IMG/VR virus record: IMGVR_UViG_3300018719_000003
Location: 1 to 64,000 of that record
Strand: one strand, 5' to 3'
DNA: 64,000 nt
Source of the DNA: a virus
The position numbers were made by a program, and so were the translations under genes. Below are positions 9,083-17,774 of the stretch, in pieces. The first letter of the stretch is position 1, and every line of letters starts with the position of its first letter. A model generated the notes under the pieces. It was given only the letters and a program-made list of their open reading frames with translations, was not told the origin of the DNA and made no database searches.

Positions 9083-9105
9083 TTGTAACGCAATTTTGGT
9101 TACAA
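9083..9105. promoter_or_regulatory. Inverted repeat TTGTAAC-N9-GTTACAA in the tnpB/RHH divergent intergenic region
   Basis: Read directly. Lies 6 nt upstream of the RHH ATG. Candidate operator. Confidence 0.4.
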
Positions 9106-9110
9106 AAAAC

Positions 9111-9269
9111 ATGGGCAAGTACAATCTCAACGTGAGAATTACTGAAGAAGAACGAGAGATCATCAATGAATATTGTGAACAGGAGGAGAGAAGTCAATCT
9201 GATGTGGTTCGCGAATTCATCAGATCTCTTAAAAGGAAACTTAAGAAGAATCGAGATGTTCGAGAATAA
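9111..9269 (+). CDS. Ribbon-helix-helix (CopG/Arc-like) protein, RHH-1
   Basis: 52-aa ORF not in the track (below 60 aa): MGKYNLNVRITEEEREIINEYCEQEERSQSDVVREFIRSLKRKL. A beta-strand followed by two helices, paralogous to three other ORFs in the window. Confidence 0.6.
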   Translation: MGKYNLNVRITEEEREIINEYCEQEERSQSDVVREFIRSLKRKLKKNRDVRE

Positions 9270-9318
9270 GCGAGAATGTCTGAAAAATCATTGTCCTAAG
9301 TCAGTCTCCTGTTGATTA

Positions 9319-9585
9319 TCAATCTTTCCTTGCTCTTAGCGAGTTCAAGCATTCTTGAAGTGCTGCAAGAGCCTCCTCGTTTTCAGGACAGGGAAAGTCT
9401 TTGTGTTTGTGCTCAAGCTCATCCAAACACGCCTCAAGTACTTCAATCAAAAACGCACCGTTCCTGCCTTGCTCTTGAAGCGAACCCCTCTGCCAAGCAA
9501 TGCAGTATCCGATTCCGTAGCTTTGACCTCCGTCTGGCTTCCCCTCGGTTTCCCAGTGGTGAGAATTCCATTGTGTGTCTGTCAT
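9319..9585 (-). CDS. Hypothetical small phage protein
   Basis: 88-aa ORF that overlaps the upstream gene stop by 4 nt. The antisense plus-strand ORFs here look spurious. Confidence 0.55.
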   Translation of the reverse strand: MTDTQWNSHHWETEGKPDGGQSYGIGYCIAWQRGSLQEQGRNGAFLIEVLEACLDELEHKHKDFPCPENEEALAALQECLNSLRARKD

Positions 9586-10034
9586 GCAATTACGCTTCTA
9601 AGTTCAACACCCACATTGTAAATTCCACACCCAGGGAAAACAATGTCTTCCCTGCCCGGTATTCTAATCACTTGCTCTGGACTGGACACAACCACTTCGA
9701 CCGATAGCTGCTCTTGATTGAATCGCCAATAAGTACTGAACGGATTCACTATCCTAGCTACTACTTCGGTTGGGTGATAAAACAGGCTATCAGTTAGCAG
9801 GAATGATTGCCCATACATCCCGCCTGCCAAGTCCCAAAAATTCCATACCGCTCCTATTGCAGACTTCGTGACTGCCTGATACTCCAGCGTAATTGTCTGC
9901 CCAGTGCTGACGAATTGAGTGCGAACGTTCTGGGTGTTACCATCCCTGAATTCTGACCGACTGCCTTTGTATGGTGCGGTGGTGACAGGGTTGATGCGGT
10001 TGGGCTTTGGGTCAGACGGATAGATTAGAGACAT
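9582..10034 (-). CDS. Minor tail protein, lambda gpM-like
   Basis: 'SEFRDGNTQNVRTQ...TITLEYQAVTKSAIGAVWNFWDLAGGMYGQSFLL' parallels lambda M 'VRFGDGYSQRAP...TYSVTLSVPREEATVLESFLEEHGGWKSFLW'. The internal ATG (MSLIYPS) is taken as the start. Confidence 0.5.
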   Translation of the reverse strand: MSLIYPSDPKPNRINPVTTAPYKGSRSEFRDGNTQNVRTQFVSTGQTITLEYQAVTKSAIGAVWNFWDLAGGMYGQSFLLTDSLFYHPTEVVARIVNPFSTYWRFNQEQLSVEVVVSSPEQVIRIPGREDIVFPGCGIYNVGVELRSVIA

Positions 10035-10078
10035 AAGGTTTTCTTTGAGTTTATCAGGGCATGAAAAAAGTTCCAGTC

Positions 10079-11686
10079 TCACCCCGATTCCGAAAACAAT
10101 TGCAACTGTTGCCAATCAGAACCCTTAATTTGCTTAGATTTTCGGGTTCGTTTTCGTGAGTTTTCTGTAACTGTTAACGGGATCTCAAATAAACAGAGTT
10201 GAGTTAAATTGTCGGGTAAACTAACCGATGTCAGGCTTACGCCTGTTCCTCCTTCATCCCGTCCATTGGACGATCCAGGGGCTTGACTTTCCCGCACAGA
10301 ACGCGGGTAGATTTCAGCAAAGCTTGCTTTACTGAGAATGTTAATAGCCGCTGCTACATCTCGTGGTGCCGTGTAGCCGCATTGCTCACACTTATGGGTG
10401 CGTTGGTTTAAAGCTTTACTCTGCCTATGCTTGCACTGTGGACAGTCTTGAGAGGTATAGTGTGGTGCTACTCTCTCGAATAATCTACCTGCGACTTTGG
10501 CTTTAGTCTCAATCATTGTAAGCAGTTGTCCCAAACCAGCGTCGGCAAAGGACTTGTTTAAGCCTGACTTTTGCGCGGCATTATTTTTCTCCCAGACTCC
10601 AGAACCTTCCTCAGTTTCTACGGGTTTAGGACGACGATTGAGGTTCGCTATTTTGACATCTTCGATTGCGATCGCTGCGTAAGTTTTAACGCGATAAGTA
10701 CTAATTTTGTGATTGAATAACCGACGCTGATTAGCTACTTTTTCGTGTAATCTAGCCAGTATCTTGTTAGTTTTCTCCCAATTCTTAGAACGCCCGTTCA
10801 TTTGATACTGTCGAGATGCTTTCCGTTGTAGCCGTTTTAATTTTTTCTCTGACTTACGATAATATTTAGGAGGTTCAACTACATTACCATCGTCATCAGC
10901 GATTATGTACTGAAGCCCTACATCTAGTCCGCAAGCTTTTACAGAAGGCTTAACGGGTTCAACAGGTAAATTGCCAGTTAACTGAACGTACCATCCGCTT
11001 GAACGCTTACGGAGATGTACTACTTTTGGTTTTATTTCTGGATTCCATCTTTCGTCTAATGTTTTAGCTGTTAGCCACCCCACCTTAGGCAATCTGATTT
11101 TATTGCCCTTGATTTCAGTAGAAGTAGCACAGTCTAAAGACGTAAGTGACTTAATTGGATTACGTGATGACTTGAATTTTGGGCGCTTGCGGTTGCCTTT
11201 GACATATTCAAACCAAGCTTTAGAGAGAGTGTCAAGCATACCCCTAATGAAAGAGTTGGGTATATCACTTAGCCACGGCTGGTTTTTAGCGCTGAAGCAT
11301 ATAGTAAGGCTTTTGTATGGATTTTTGCTTTTGATCAGGAAAGCTGGCGGCTGATTTGATGGACTTCGTCTAATAGGACAGCACAGCCGATAATCCCTGT
11401 CTGGTGAAGAATAAAGCTGATCGGCTTTACTATAACGTCGAGAGTGAGACGCTGTAATTGAGCAAGCTAAACCCCACCCTCTATCTTGATTGCCGTGCCA
11501 TTCCCAAGGGACAGGATAGAAGTCATCCTCAAACACAGCGTTATTCTTTTCTCTCCAATACCACTGCTGATTCTCTTCTAGGAGTTCAAGCCCCATATTC
11601 CAGACTTTACGCAAGTCTACAAGCCAAGTCTCAACTCTTTGGACTGTGGCTTTGTTGGGACGGATTTTGAACTCTATCGTCTTCAT
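10079..11686 (-). CDS. tnpB: TnpB-like RNA-guided nuclease (long form), RuvC triad apparently intact
   Basis: 535 aa. Contains 'CGLDVGLQYII' (D), 'IAIEDVKIANLN' (E), 'CPQCKHRQ...CEQCGYTAPRDVAAAINIL' (D). The last 60 codons or so are low-complexity with hairpins (CAGGCTTACGCCTG, CCCGCACAGAACGCGGG), consistent with read-through into omega-RNA DNA. Confidence 0.8.
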   Translation of the reverse strand: MKTIEFKIRPNKATVQRVETWLVDLRKVWNMGLELLEENQQWYWREKNNAVFEDDFYPVPWEWHGNQDRGWGLACSITASHSRRYSKADQLYSSPDRDYRLCCPIRRSPSNQPPAFLIKSKNPYKSLTICFSAKNQPWLSDIPNSFIRGMLDTLSKAWFEYVKGNRKRPKFKSSRNPIKSLTSLDCATSTEIKGNKIRLPKVGWLTAKTLDERWNPEIKPKVVHLRKRSSGWYVQLTGNLPVEPVKPSVKACGLDVGLQYIIADDDGNVVEPPKYYRKSEKKLKRLQRKASRQYQMNGRSKNWEKTNKILARLHEKVANQRRLFNHKISTYRVKTYAAIAIEDVKIANLNRRPKPVETEEGSGVWEKNNAAQKSGLNKSFADAGLGQLLTMIETKAKVAGRLFERVAPHYTSQDCPQCKHRQSKALNQRTHKCEQCGYTAPRDVAAAINILSKASFAEIYPRSVRESQAPGSSNGRDEGGTGVSLTSVSLPDNLTQLCLFEIPLTVTENSRKRTRKSKQIKGSDWQQLQLFSESG

Positions 11687-11813
11687 CAGGCAATCCTTTT
11701 ACAAAGTCTCTAACTACCTCAGCCATCGGCACACCCAACTTTTCAGACTCTCTCTTAAGCTTGCTGTATTCTCGCTCACTGAATAAAATTTGAAGTCGTT
11801 TGTCTCGCTTCAT
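11631..11813 (-). CDS. Ribbon-helix-helix protein, RHH-2
   Basis: MKRDKRLQILFSEREYSKLKRESEKLGVPMAEVVRDFVKGLP. Same pattern as RHH-1, RHH-3 and RHH-4. Confidence 0.6.
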   Translation of the reverse strand: MKRDKRLQILFSEREYSKLKRESEKLGVPMAEVVRDFVKGLPDEDDRVQNPSQQSHSPKS

Positions 11814-12034
11814 ACCTCTAATTATACCTCAGAAATGATGTATAATTAATATAGCATCAAAGCTCTACGGGGGTGACACTCCGAAAGTTAAGCCTCTGGA
11901 TCTAGCAATGCTAGGGATGAAGGAGGAACAGTTAAAAACTGATGCTGTAGTGCTGCTACAGTCGATAGATCACCAGCTGCGTCTTTATTATCCGATAGCA
12001 CAGTTAAGCTGGATAATAAAGACAAATTCTGGCT

Positions 12035-13435
12035 ATGCGATCACCTCTTACGCCCTCCACCGGACGCCCTCGACTTGTAGACCAAATCTGGCGTACCCTC
12101 AACCAGTTCCGGCGCACAGTCACAGAGGGCAGTAAGCGACCGCTCACGGGACTCTACAACACAGTCAGTATTGACCGCGACCTCTCCTTAGACGGGCGAA
12201 ACTATGACCAGGAGTTGTACGGATGGGTGATTCGCGACCCAGAACGAAACATCCCGATTGTGGAGATGGTAGCCAATTCACCTGAAATCAAACTATGCGT
12301 GAGCAGGATTCAGGATGGAATTTGGGGTTCTCACGAAGGGGAGAACGGATTCTCTATTAGTCCTACCTTGGACGATGACGCTACCCCGATTGACTCCCAA
12401 GTCTATGACGTACTGATGGATGTTCAGGAGAGGCTATTAGGTCGTAGTCGGCTCAAGCCCGTTACCAAGGAAATGCTTGAGCATGGCGATTGTTTTATGG
12501 GGATTGGCATTAATCCTCGAACTGCAAGCATTGATGCTCTTGTAGAACTTCCTACGTATGAGATGTTTAGGATTGAGGATAGGCAGGGTCGTTTACTTGG
12601 CTTTCAGCAAAGGTGGGAGACGACAGATGAAAGCAGAGCGATTAATTTTCATCCTCTAACTTGCATTCATTGGAGATTCGCCAGACAGTGGGGAAACTTG
12701 TATGGCACTCCTATGTTTTCAGCAAGCTTGAATGACTGGAATCGGTTATGTCAGGCTGACCAAGACTTGGCTAAAGGTGCGAATGCTGTTGGGGTGAATC
12801 CGTTGATTCATGAACTTGACGAAAGATATGATGACGAGAAAGCGACGGCTTATAAGCGCGGGATAGAGGAACAACAATCTCAGGGGGTACTAAGTGCATA
12901 CTATCCTCCTGATGGTGTAGTTATTCGTCCGGCATACACATCAACCCCGAATATCGACGGACTGATTCGGTATTTTGAATTGAGGAGCGATCGCATACTC
13001 GACCAGTCTTCAGTCCCACCCTACCTGAGTGGCAGAGAGACGACAGGGGCGCAAGAGATAGGAGAGCAGCCTGCGATGGCATTTGCAAGGCTGATTAACT
13101 CCATCAGAAACGACTTTACTGGGTTGGGGCAACCTGGGTACGACTCAGGACTACGGCATCTGTTCAACTTGTCTCTGGCATTGGCAGGCATACCCAAAGA
13201 GCGCTGGCTATATCGAATCATTTTCCCGCCTGCGTATGTGAGCGTGTACAATTCGGCGCAAGGGTTGGGTGGTGAGGCTAATGTGAAGGGCATTGACGAT
13301 GTGTCCAGTGTGTCTAATCCCAATAAGTGGAATGGGTTGTCGCTACCTGATTCGCTGTGGGACTTAGAGAGTGATAGCTGGGGTGAAGTACCAAAGGTTG
13401 TTCGTGAACGGCTAGCGGAGTCTATCTTTCGATGA
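12035..13435 (+). CDS. Putative portal protein
   Basis: 466 aa. '...LYGTPMFSASLNDWNRLCQADQDLAKGANAVGVNPLIHEL' and downstream '...EQPAMAFARLINSIRNDF...FNLSLALAGIP' resemble portal wing, stem and clip motifs (by eye). Confidence 0.55.
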   Translation: MRSPLTPSTGRPRLVDQIWRTLNQFRRTVTEGSKRPLTGLYNTVSIDRDLSLDGRNYDQELYGWVIRDPERNIPIVEMVANSPEIKLCVSRIQDGIWGSHEGENGFSISPTLDDDATPIDSQVYDVLMDVQERLLGRSRLKPVTKEMLEHGDCFMGIGINPRTASIDALVELPTYEMFRIEDRQGRLLGFQQRWETTDESRAINFHPLTCIHWRFARQWGNLYGTPMFSASLNDWNRLCQADQDLAKGANAVGVNPLIHELDERYDDEKATAYKRGIEEQQSQGVLSAYYPPDGVVIRPAYTSTPNIDGLIRYFELRSDRILDQSSVPPYLSGRETTGAQEIGEQPAMAFARLINSIRNDFTGLGQPGYDSGLRHLFNLSLALAGIPKERWLYRIIFPPAYVSVYNSAQGLGGEANVKGIDDVSSVSNPNKWNGLSLPDSLWDLESDSWGEVPKVVRERLAESIFR

Positions 13436-13854
13436 TTATTGAGTCCGATTACTTTTACGCAAGAGTCCCACTAAGGACTATCAAATCTACAATGCGTTTA
13501 TCCGAGGCAAACTATCCTATCCAAGTTGACTGGGGAGTGGCTATTTGTAAAAATAGCAAAACGCCTGAGACTACAGGAGAGTTGGATAAGCCTGTTTTGG
13601 GTCTAAACTTTTTGCGGGTTGCTGATCTTTTTCTGCCTGTTCCAATTCCCGTGACGTGCAGTGATGACATCTTCTACCGAGGCTATTGCCCAGCAAAAAG
13701 CCCAGAGGCAGCGATCGCTCATTGGAGAAACTATATTCTTGACCGTAGAAGTAATCATGGTTTTCGGGTGACAACTGCCGAATTAAAATCGAATGCAGAG
13801 AGAATAGAAGAAGTGCTAAAAACTTTTAAAAGGAGTCATCTCAATGACGATTAA
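13432..13854 (+). CDS. Hypothetical protein
   Basis: 140-aa ORF with an ATGA overlap with the portal stop. Confidence 0.55.
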   Translation: MIIESDYFYARVPLRTIKSTMRLSEANYPIQVDWGVAICKNSKTPETTGELDKPVLGLNFLRVADLFLPVPIPVTCSDDIFYRGYCPAKSPEAAIAHWRNYILDRRSNHGFRVTTAELKSNAERIEEVLKTFKRSHLNDD

Positions 13855-14095
13855 ATCCATCCAAGACTACTTTGCTGAAATGCAAGCCGCTGGTCATACT
13901 TTGACCGACATCGTGAAAGCCCTCGACTCTCACTTGTCAGAAAAACGCGACTCTATGAGCAACAGCCCAGCCGCACAGTACTTAGCAGCGGCTAGGAATA
14001 GTACTCAGACTGCTTCTATGTACTTGGAGCGGTACGAATTGGAGGCTAAAAGCAGCACTCCTGCGGCTACTGTCGATATTGATGGTAGAGATTGA
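13844..14095 (+). CDS. Hypothetical protein
   Basis: 83-aa ORF within a tightly packed operon. Confidence 0.55.
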   Translation: MTIKSIQDYFAEMQAAGHTLTDIVKALDSHLSEKRDSMSNSPAAQYLAAARNSTQTASMYLERYELEAKSSTPAATVDIDGRD

Positions 14096-14107
14096 GGGCG
14101 ATCGCTA

Positions 14108-14320
14108 ATGCCATACACAGATAGTTTACTGAACGAAGTGATGAGCCAAGGGTGCAGCGACACTGGATTTGTCGTTTGCTTTTGTGGCGGCGATTTGTGC
14201 GTTTGTGGATTAGACGGGCAAGAATGCATAGGGTGTCATGAATGCGACAATGTTGTGGATGAAGATTGGTCGCAAGACTGGCAGGAGCCGTGGAAACGAT
14301 CTGACACTTGGTGGGAGTAG
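14108..14320 (+). CDS. Cys-rich small protein
   Basis: 70 aa with 10 Cys ('CSDTGFVVCFCGGDLCVCGLDGQECIGCHEC') and an acidic, Trp-rich tail. Confidence 0.5.
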   Translation: MPYTDSLLNEVMSQGCSDTGFVVCFCGGDLCVCGLDGQECIGCHECDNVVDEDWSQDWQEPWKRSDTWWE

Positions 14321-14328
14321 CGATCGCT

Positions 14329-14652
14329 ATGGATACTTGCCGTAACTGCCAGCATTGGACTCACTTTATGATGGCTTGGAAAAATCAGTTTGCTGGGACT
14401 GTTGGGGAAAATACTACAACTAGAGAAGACGCCAATTATGGGCATTGCCTTTTGACTGAAAATACTGACTATGGTTTTGATAGGTCGGCTTTAGCTAAGG
14501 TCGGCATTACAGACGGTGTTTTAATCACCAGTGCTGAGTTTGGCTGCAATCAGTTTCAATCTTTGAGCGATCGCTATGCTTTCTCCAAAACTTTCAATTC
14601 AGCTGTTATTGATTTTGAGCCAATATACCCAGCAGGCAATAAGAGAGAATGA
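14329..14652 (+). CDS. Hypothetical protein
   Basis: In-frame ATG at 14329 (MDTCRNCQHW...). Confidence 0.5.
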   Translation: MDTCRNCQHWTHFMMAWKNQFAGTVGENTTTREDANYGHCLLTENTDYGFDRSALAKVGITDGVLITSAEFGCNQFQSLSDRYAFSKTFNSAVIDFEPIYPAGNKRE

Positions 14653-14782
14653 GTTTAAGCGGTGGATGGCGGGGCTTTATGCTAATAGCTTTTCTTTGTC
14701 TTCGTTAGATGCCGCTAAGTACCAACAGATGCTCAACGCTAAGTCGGAACCAGGCTTTCCTGATTTTTGAGGTGCGATCGCT

Positions 14783-15070
14783 ATGCCCACACCTCCCAAA
14801 CCCAAGCCGACCAAGATTCGCCGTAAGCCAGTCCCGCCTGGACTACGCTTTGATGTCTTGCAGCGAGATAAGTTCAGATGCAGAGCTTGCGGCGTTGAGG
14901 CGAAAGATGCGCGGTTGGAAATCGATCACATTGTCCCAGTCTCCAAAGGCGGGTTGACTACCTTGAAGAACTTGCAGACTCTGTGCGGTAGCTGCAACAG
15001 AGGAAAAGCTGCGAAGCTGAAGTCGGTTAAATCGGTAGCGAAGAAGGTTAGAAAGAGTGCAGCCAAGTGA
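14783..15070 (+). CDS. HNH endonuclease
   Basis: 'FRCRACGVEAKDARLEIDHIVPVSKGGLTTLKNLQTLCGSCNRGK' is a canonical HNH motif. The stop TGA lies inside palindrome P2. Confidence 0.85.
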   Translation: MPTPPKPKPTKIRRKPVPPGLRFDVLQRDKFRCRACGVEAKDARLEIDHIVPVSKGGLTTLKNLQTLCGSCNRGKAAKLKSVKSVAKKVRKSAAK

Positions 15071-15085
15071 CCGGAACTCCGGTCA
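15068..15085. repeat. Palindrome family copy P2 (TGACCGGA-AC-TCCGGTCA)
   Basis: Read directly. Its first three bases are the HNH stop codon. Confidence 0.85.
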
Positions 15086-15161
15086 ATTCTTTGTGTTGTC
15101 AGTTGCTTTTGGTTGTACCCGCATCCGATAATGGCGGTTGCGATCGCCATTATCTCGTCAG

Positions 15162-16832
15162 ATGCTGTCTAAACCTTGCCCATTTTGCCAAAAACCTTTC
15201 GTCCATCCAACCCGCAAATATTGCTCTCGTAGCTGTGCTGCCAAAAGTTCAACTTTCAAACGAATAGGAAGAGAAGTCTGGATGGATGAACAGCTTGAGC
15301 TTCTGGCGAGTTGGATAGGCAAGAAAGCGTCAAAACAGATAATTGAGGATTTTCACTGGGAGTGCATTCAGAGAGGCTGGACTATCCGAACTGACACAGC
15401 CGTTGATGTGAAGCTCGGACGATTGGCGATAAAACTCAAGAAATCCTTGCAAGCAAAGTCAGACAATTGGTCAATGCGCCAGCTAGAAAGGATGTTCGAT
15501 ATTCCTGTAGACAGGATAAGGAATTGGGTAAGGCAAGGCTTGCCATGTCGCAAGTATGCAAGGAATCTATCTGGAATTAGCAAGGAAGATTTAAGGCAGT
15601 TTGCCAAGCAACATCCAGAGAAGTTTTGGGGGATAGAGCCGAAATACTTGCAACCGATTCTTGGCACAGTCACGGCGTCGGCTATCAGCAAAATCCCTCA
15701 GCAGACAATGGGGGTGACAATCCCTGTCATTAGATTAGATACAGGCGAAGTCATCAAGAGCGCAAGAGCAGCGGCGATTCAATTAATAGGCAGTAATGAC
15801 CAAGCCGACACCGATAGAGTAAAAGCCAGTATACTTCGCTCTTGCCATCAACTCACCCCAACCAAGACAGAAGGTAAGAAAGTTCAGTGGTATCAACTGG
15901 TGTATCCGATGTGGTGGGTTCAGTTATCACTGCGAAAAGAATTTGAGCAACAGGCAGGTAGATTATTTTTTGCCGCTTACCGTGAACTAAAAAAATTGCC
16001 AGGTGTGAGTAAAACCCAAGCTATGGGAACAGCCCACCGATTAGCTGGGGATGTGTCGAAGATTTGCTACCAGAGCGATCGCATATTGATGCTGATAGAC
16101 ATCGACGCTGAAGCTGACAGGCTTTTAAGTTGGAGGTTATCCAATATCAAGCAAGACTTGAGTAAAGGAATAGCTCACGCCGAAAAGTTTACCCGTGAGC
16201 TTATCGGTAGATTTGCGTGGTCAGTCTTTAGCGGGAATCCTTGGTTGGGCAGAACTCCTAAACAATCTTGGTACTGGGCAACTCAATATGCTCAACATAT
16301 GATGACGGTAGCCTTGCAGAGGTTTCGATTTGAGCGCAATCTGCCACTTGATTGGCAAGCCGACACCAATCTAAAAGTAGCTGAATTCTTGCTATTTACT
16401 CGTCGGTGGATAACTCGAAGAATTGGTCGAAAGCGACGGCAAATAGTAGAGCTAAGAGCAATCGATTTTATTAATGCAGAGGTGAAGCGGCGAAAAAATG
16501 AATACCTAACAGATTTATCTAATGATGCTCGGACAGAAGAGGGAGAGCTTAATAATGTTGGGCGATCGCTTTCTCATGTCTGCGTTGCTCAATACGAAAG
16601 CTACTCTTCAAGGCTAGAGACAGAGGAATTCTTTGAGCGCCTAGAAGCCTACTTGATAGACAAGAATCGACTTGACGAAGCAAAGTATCTCAGGCTGTAC
16701 CTGCAAGGCTATCAGGCTCGTGAGATAGAGAAGGAGCTTGGAATAAGTCAAAGAGAGCGGGACTACCTGAATCAGAGGTTTGTTGACCATGCCAGGAAGT
16801 TTGCACTAGTGACGGGGGAGATGGTTGCCTGA
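15162..16832 (+). CDS. Large putative DNA-binding / regulatory protein
   Basis: N-terminal 'CPFCQKPF...YCSRSCAA' zinc-ribbon-like segment, 'WSMRQLERMFDIPVDRIRNWVRQGL' HTH, and C-terminal 'LRLYLQGYQAREIEKELGISQRERDYLNQRF' resembling sigma70 region 4 / LuxR HTH. Confidence 0.5.
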   Translation: MLSKPCPFCQKPFVHPTRKYCSRSCAAKSSTFKRIGREVWMDEQLELLASWIGKKASKQIIEDFHWECIQRGWTIRTDTAVDVKLGRLAIKLKKSLQAKSDNWSMRQLERMFDIPVDRIRNWVRQGLPCRKYARNLSGISKEDLRQFAKQHPEKFWGIEPKYLQPILGTVTASAISKIPQQTMGVTIPVIRLDTGEVIKSARAAAIQLIGSNDQADTDRVKASILRSCHQLTPTKTEGKKVQWYQLVYPMWWVQLSLRKEFEQQAGRLFFAAYRELKKLPGVSKTQAMGTAHRLAGDVSKICYQSDRILMLIDIDAEADRLLSWRLSNIKQDLSKGIAHAEKFTRELIGRFAWSVFSGNPWLGRTPKQSWYWATQYAQHMMTVALQRFRFERNLPLDWQADTNLKVAEFLLFTRRWITRRIGRKRRQIVELRAIDFINAEVKRRKNEYLTDLSNDARTEEGELNNVGRSLSHVCVAQYESYSSRLETEEFFERLEAYLIDKNRLDEAKYLRLYLQGYQAREIEKELGISQRERDYLNQRFVDHARKFALVTGEMVA

Positions 16833-16898
16833 AGCATAAAAAAGCGATCGAGTTGGGCGCGATCGCTTGTGAAGAAAGTTATTTAATTGAAGCAAGAC

Positions 16899-17642
16899 TT
16901 ATTTGCCAATCCCCCATCCATCGAACAAATCACCTTGATCAACTCCATATCTGCGTTGAATCATCCGTCTTAACTCTGGAACAGAATTGGCAATCAGCAT
17001 ATAGTTCATCACGCACTGGATGTGTTCTGCCAGTCGCTGTTTTGTCTCATCGTCAAGCATCTGATGGATTTTGTACTTGCGTCGTCCGTTTGGCTGCACG
17101 GGGTTAGCTGTTTCATGCTTTGCCTTATCCTCGGCTGTCATCCAGTTATAGATGAACTCCCAATACAAAAGACCGTTGCGGATATCCCGCTTGTGTAGTC
17201 CACTGATTCGACTTAACTCTAACTCGAAGGTTCGCTCAAAAGTTAACGTCCAGGGTTTAGGTGCTTCTAAGATTGGACATTGGCGAGTTGAATGTTGGTT
17301 CTGGTAAGCACCTTTAGCCCATTCTTCTACCCACTCTTCTACTGCATATCCAAAGTCATCCGATAGCCATATAGCAAATCTGATGGCTAACTTCGGGTGA
17401 ATGTAAGTTCCGCCACCAACGCCTCGGCGCTTTTCTACGAGCCGATTAACGGGAATTCCCGTCTTTTCGCTAAGGTGCTTTAGAGACTCTTTTGTTCGGG
17501 AATTACTAAGCCACTCTGATGGTTCTCGGCGCTCCCCTGTGGCTTTTTCGCAAGCCTTACTCAAAGCGGTAGCGTTCACATAACCATCTTCAGATCTTTG
17601 AGCAACAGTAATTCCGTGCATGGAATGAGAGATAATATTCAT
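16899..17642 (-). CDS. KilA-N domain protein (paralogue 1)
   Basis: 'GITVAQRSEDGYVNATALSKA...GGGTYIHPKLAIRFAIWLSDDFGYAVEEWV'. The internal ATG at 17642 has an AGGAAAG RBS. Confidence 0.7.
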   Translation of the reverse strand: MNIISHSMHGITVAQRSEDGYVNATALSKACEKATGERREPSEWLSNSRTKESLKHLSEKTGIPVNRLVEKRRGVGGGTYIHPKLAIRFAIWLSDDFGYAVEEWVEEWAKGAYQNQHSTRQCPILEAPKPWTLTFERTFELELSRISGLHKRDIRNGLLYWEFIYNWMTAEDKAKHETANPVQPNGRRKYKIHQMLDDETKQRLAEHIQCVMNYMLIANSVPELRRMIQRRYGVDQGDLFDGWGIGK

Positions 17643-17774
17643 CGGTTGCTTTCCTACTAGTACTAGGTGAGTGGCAAGTGACTGGCGAGTGGTTCCAACA
17701 CACGTCAGTTGCGCCATTTGTATTATCTCATAACCAATCGATTATTATTAATTAGAAAGCGATCGCACCCCTAC

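Larger units (their letters stand above)
7883..9300. mobile_element. IS200/IS605-type element lacking tnpA: tnpB plus a divergent RHH gene (boundaries approximate)
   Basis: The TnpB ORF and RHH ORF interrupt an otherwise tightly packed minus-strand tail-tip operon. The ends were not mapped. Confidence 0.4.
10040..11900. mobile_element. Second tnpA-less TnpB element: RHH gene overlapping the tnpB start (boundaries approximate)
   Basis: RHH-2 and TnpB-2 are co-oriented with a 56-nt overlap. The unit sits at the junction between the minus-strand tail-tip block and the plus-strand portal block. Confidence 0.4.

Noticed and set aside
9312-9707. Plus-strand ORFs 9312..9707 and 9355..9621.
   Set aside because: They are antisense to better-supported minus-strand genes (9319..9585 and 9582..10034) that are tightly coupled within an operon.
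11908-12135. 75-aa ORF upstream of, and overlapping, the portal-like gene.
   Set aside because: It lies in the edge region of the TnpB-2 element, overlaps the portal ORF in another frame, and has no recognisable features.
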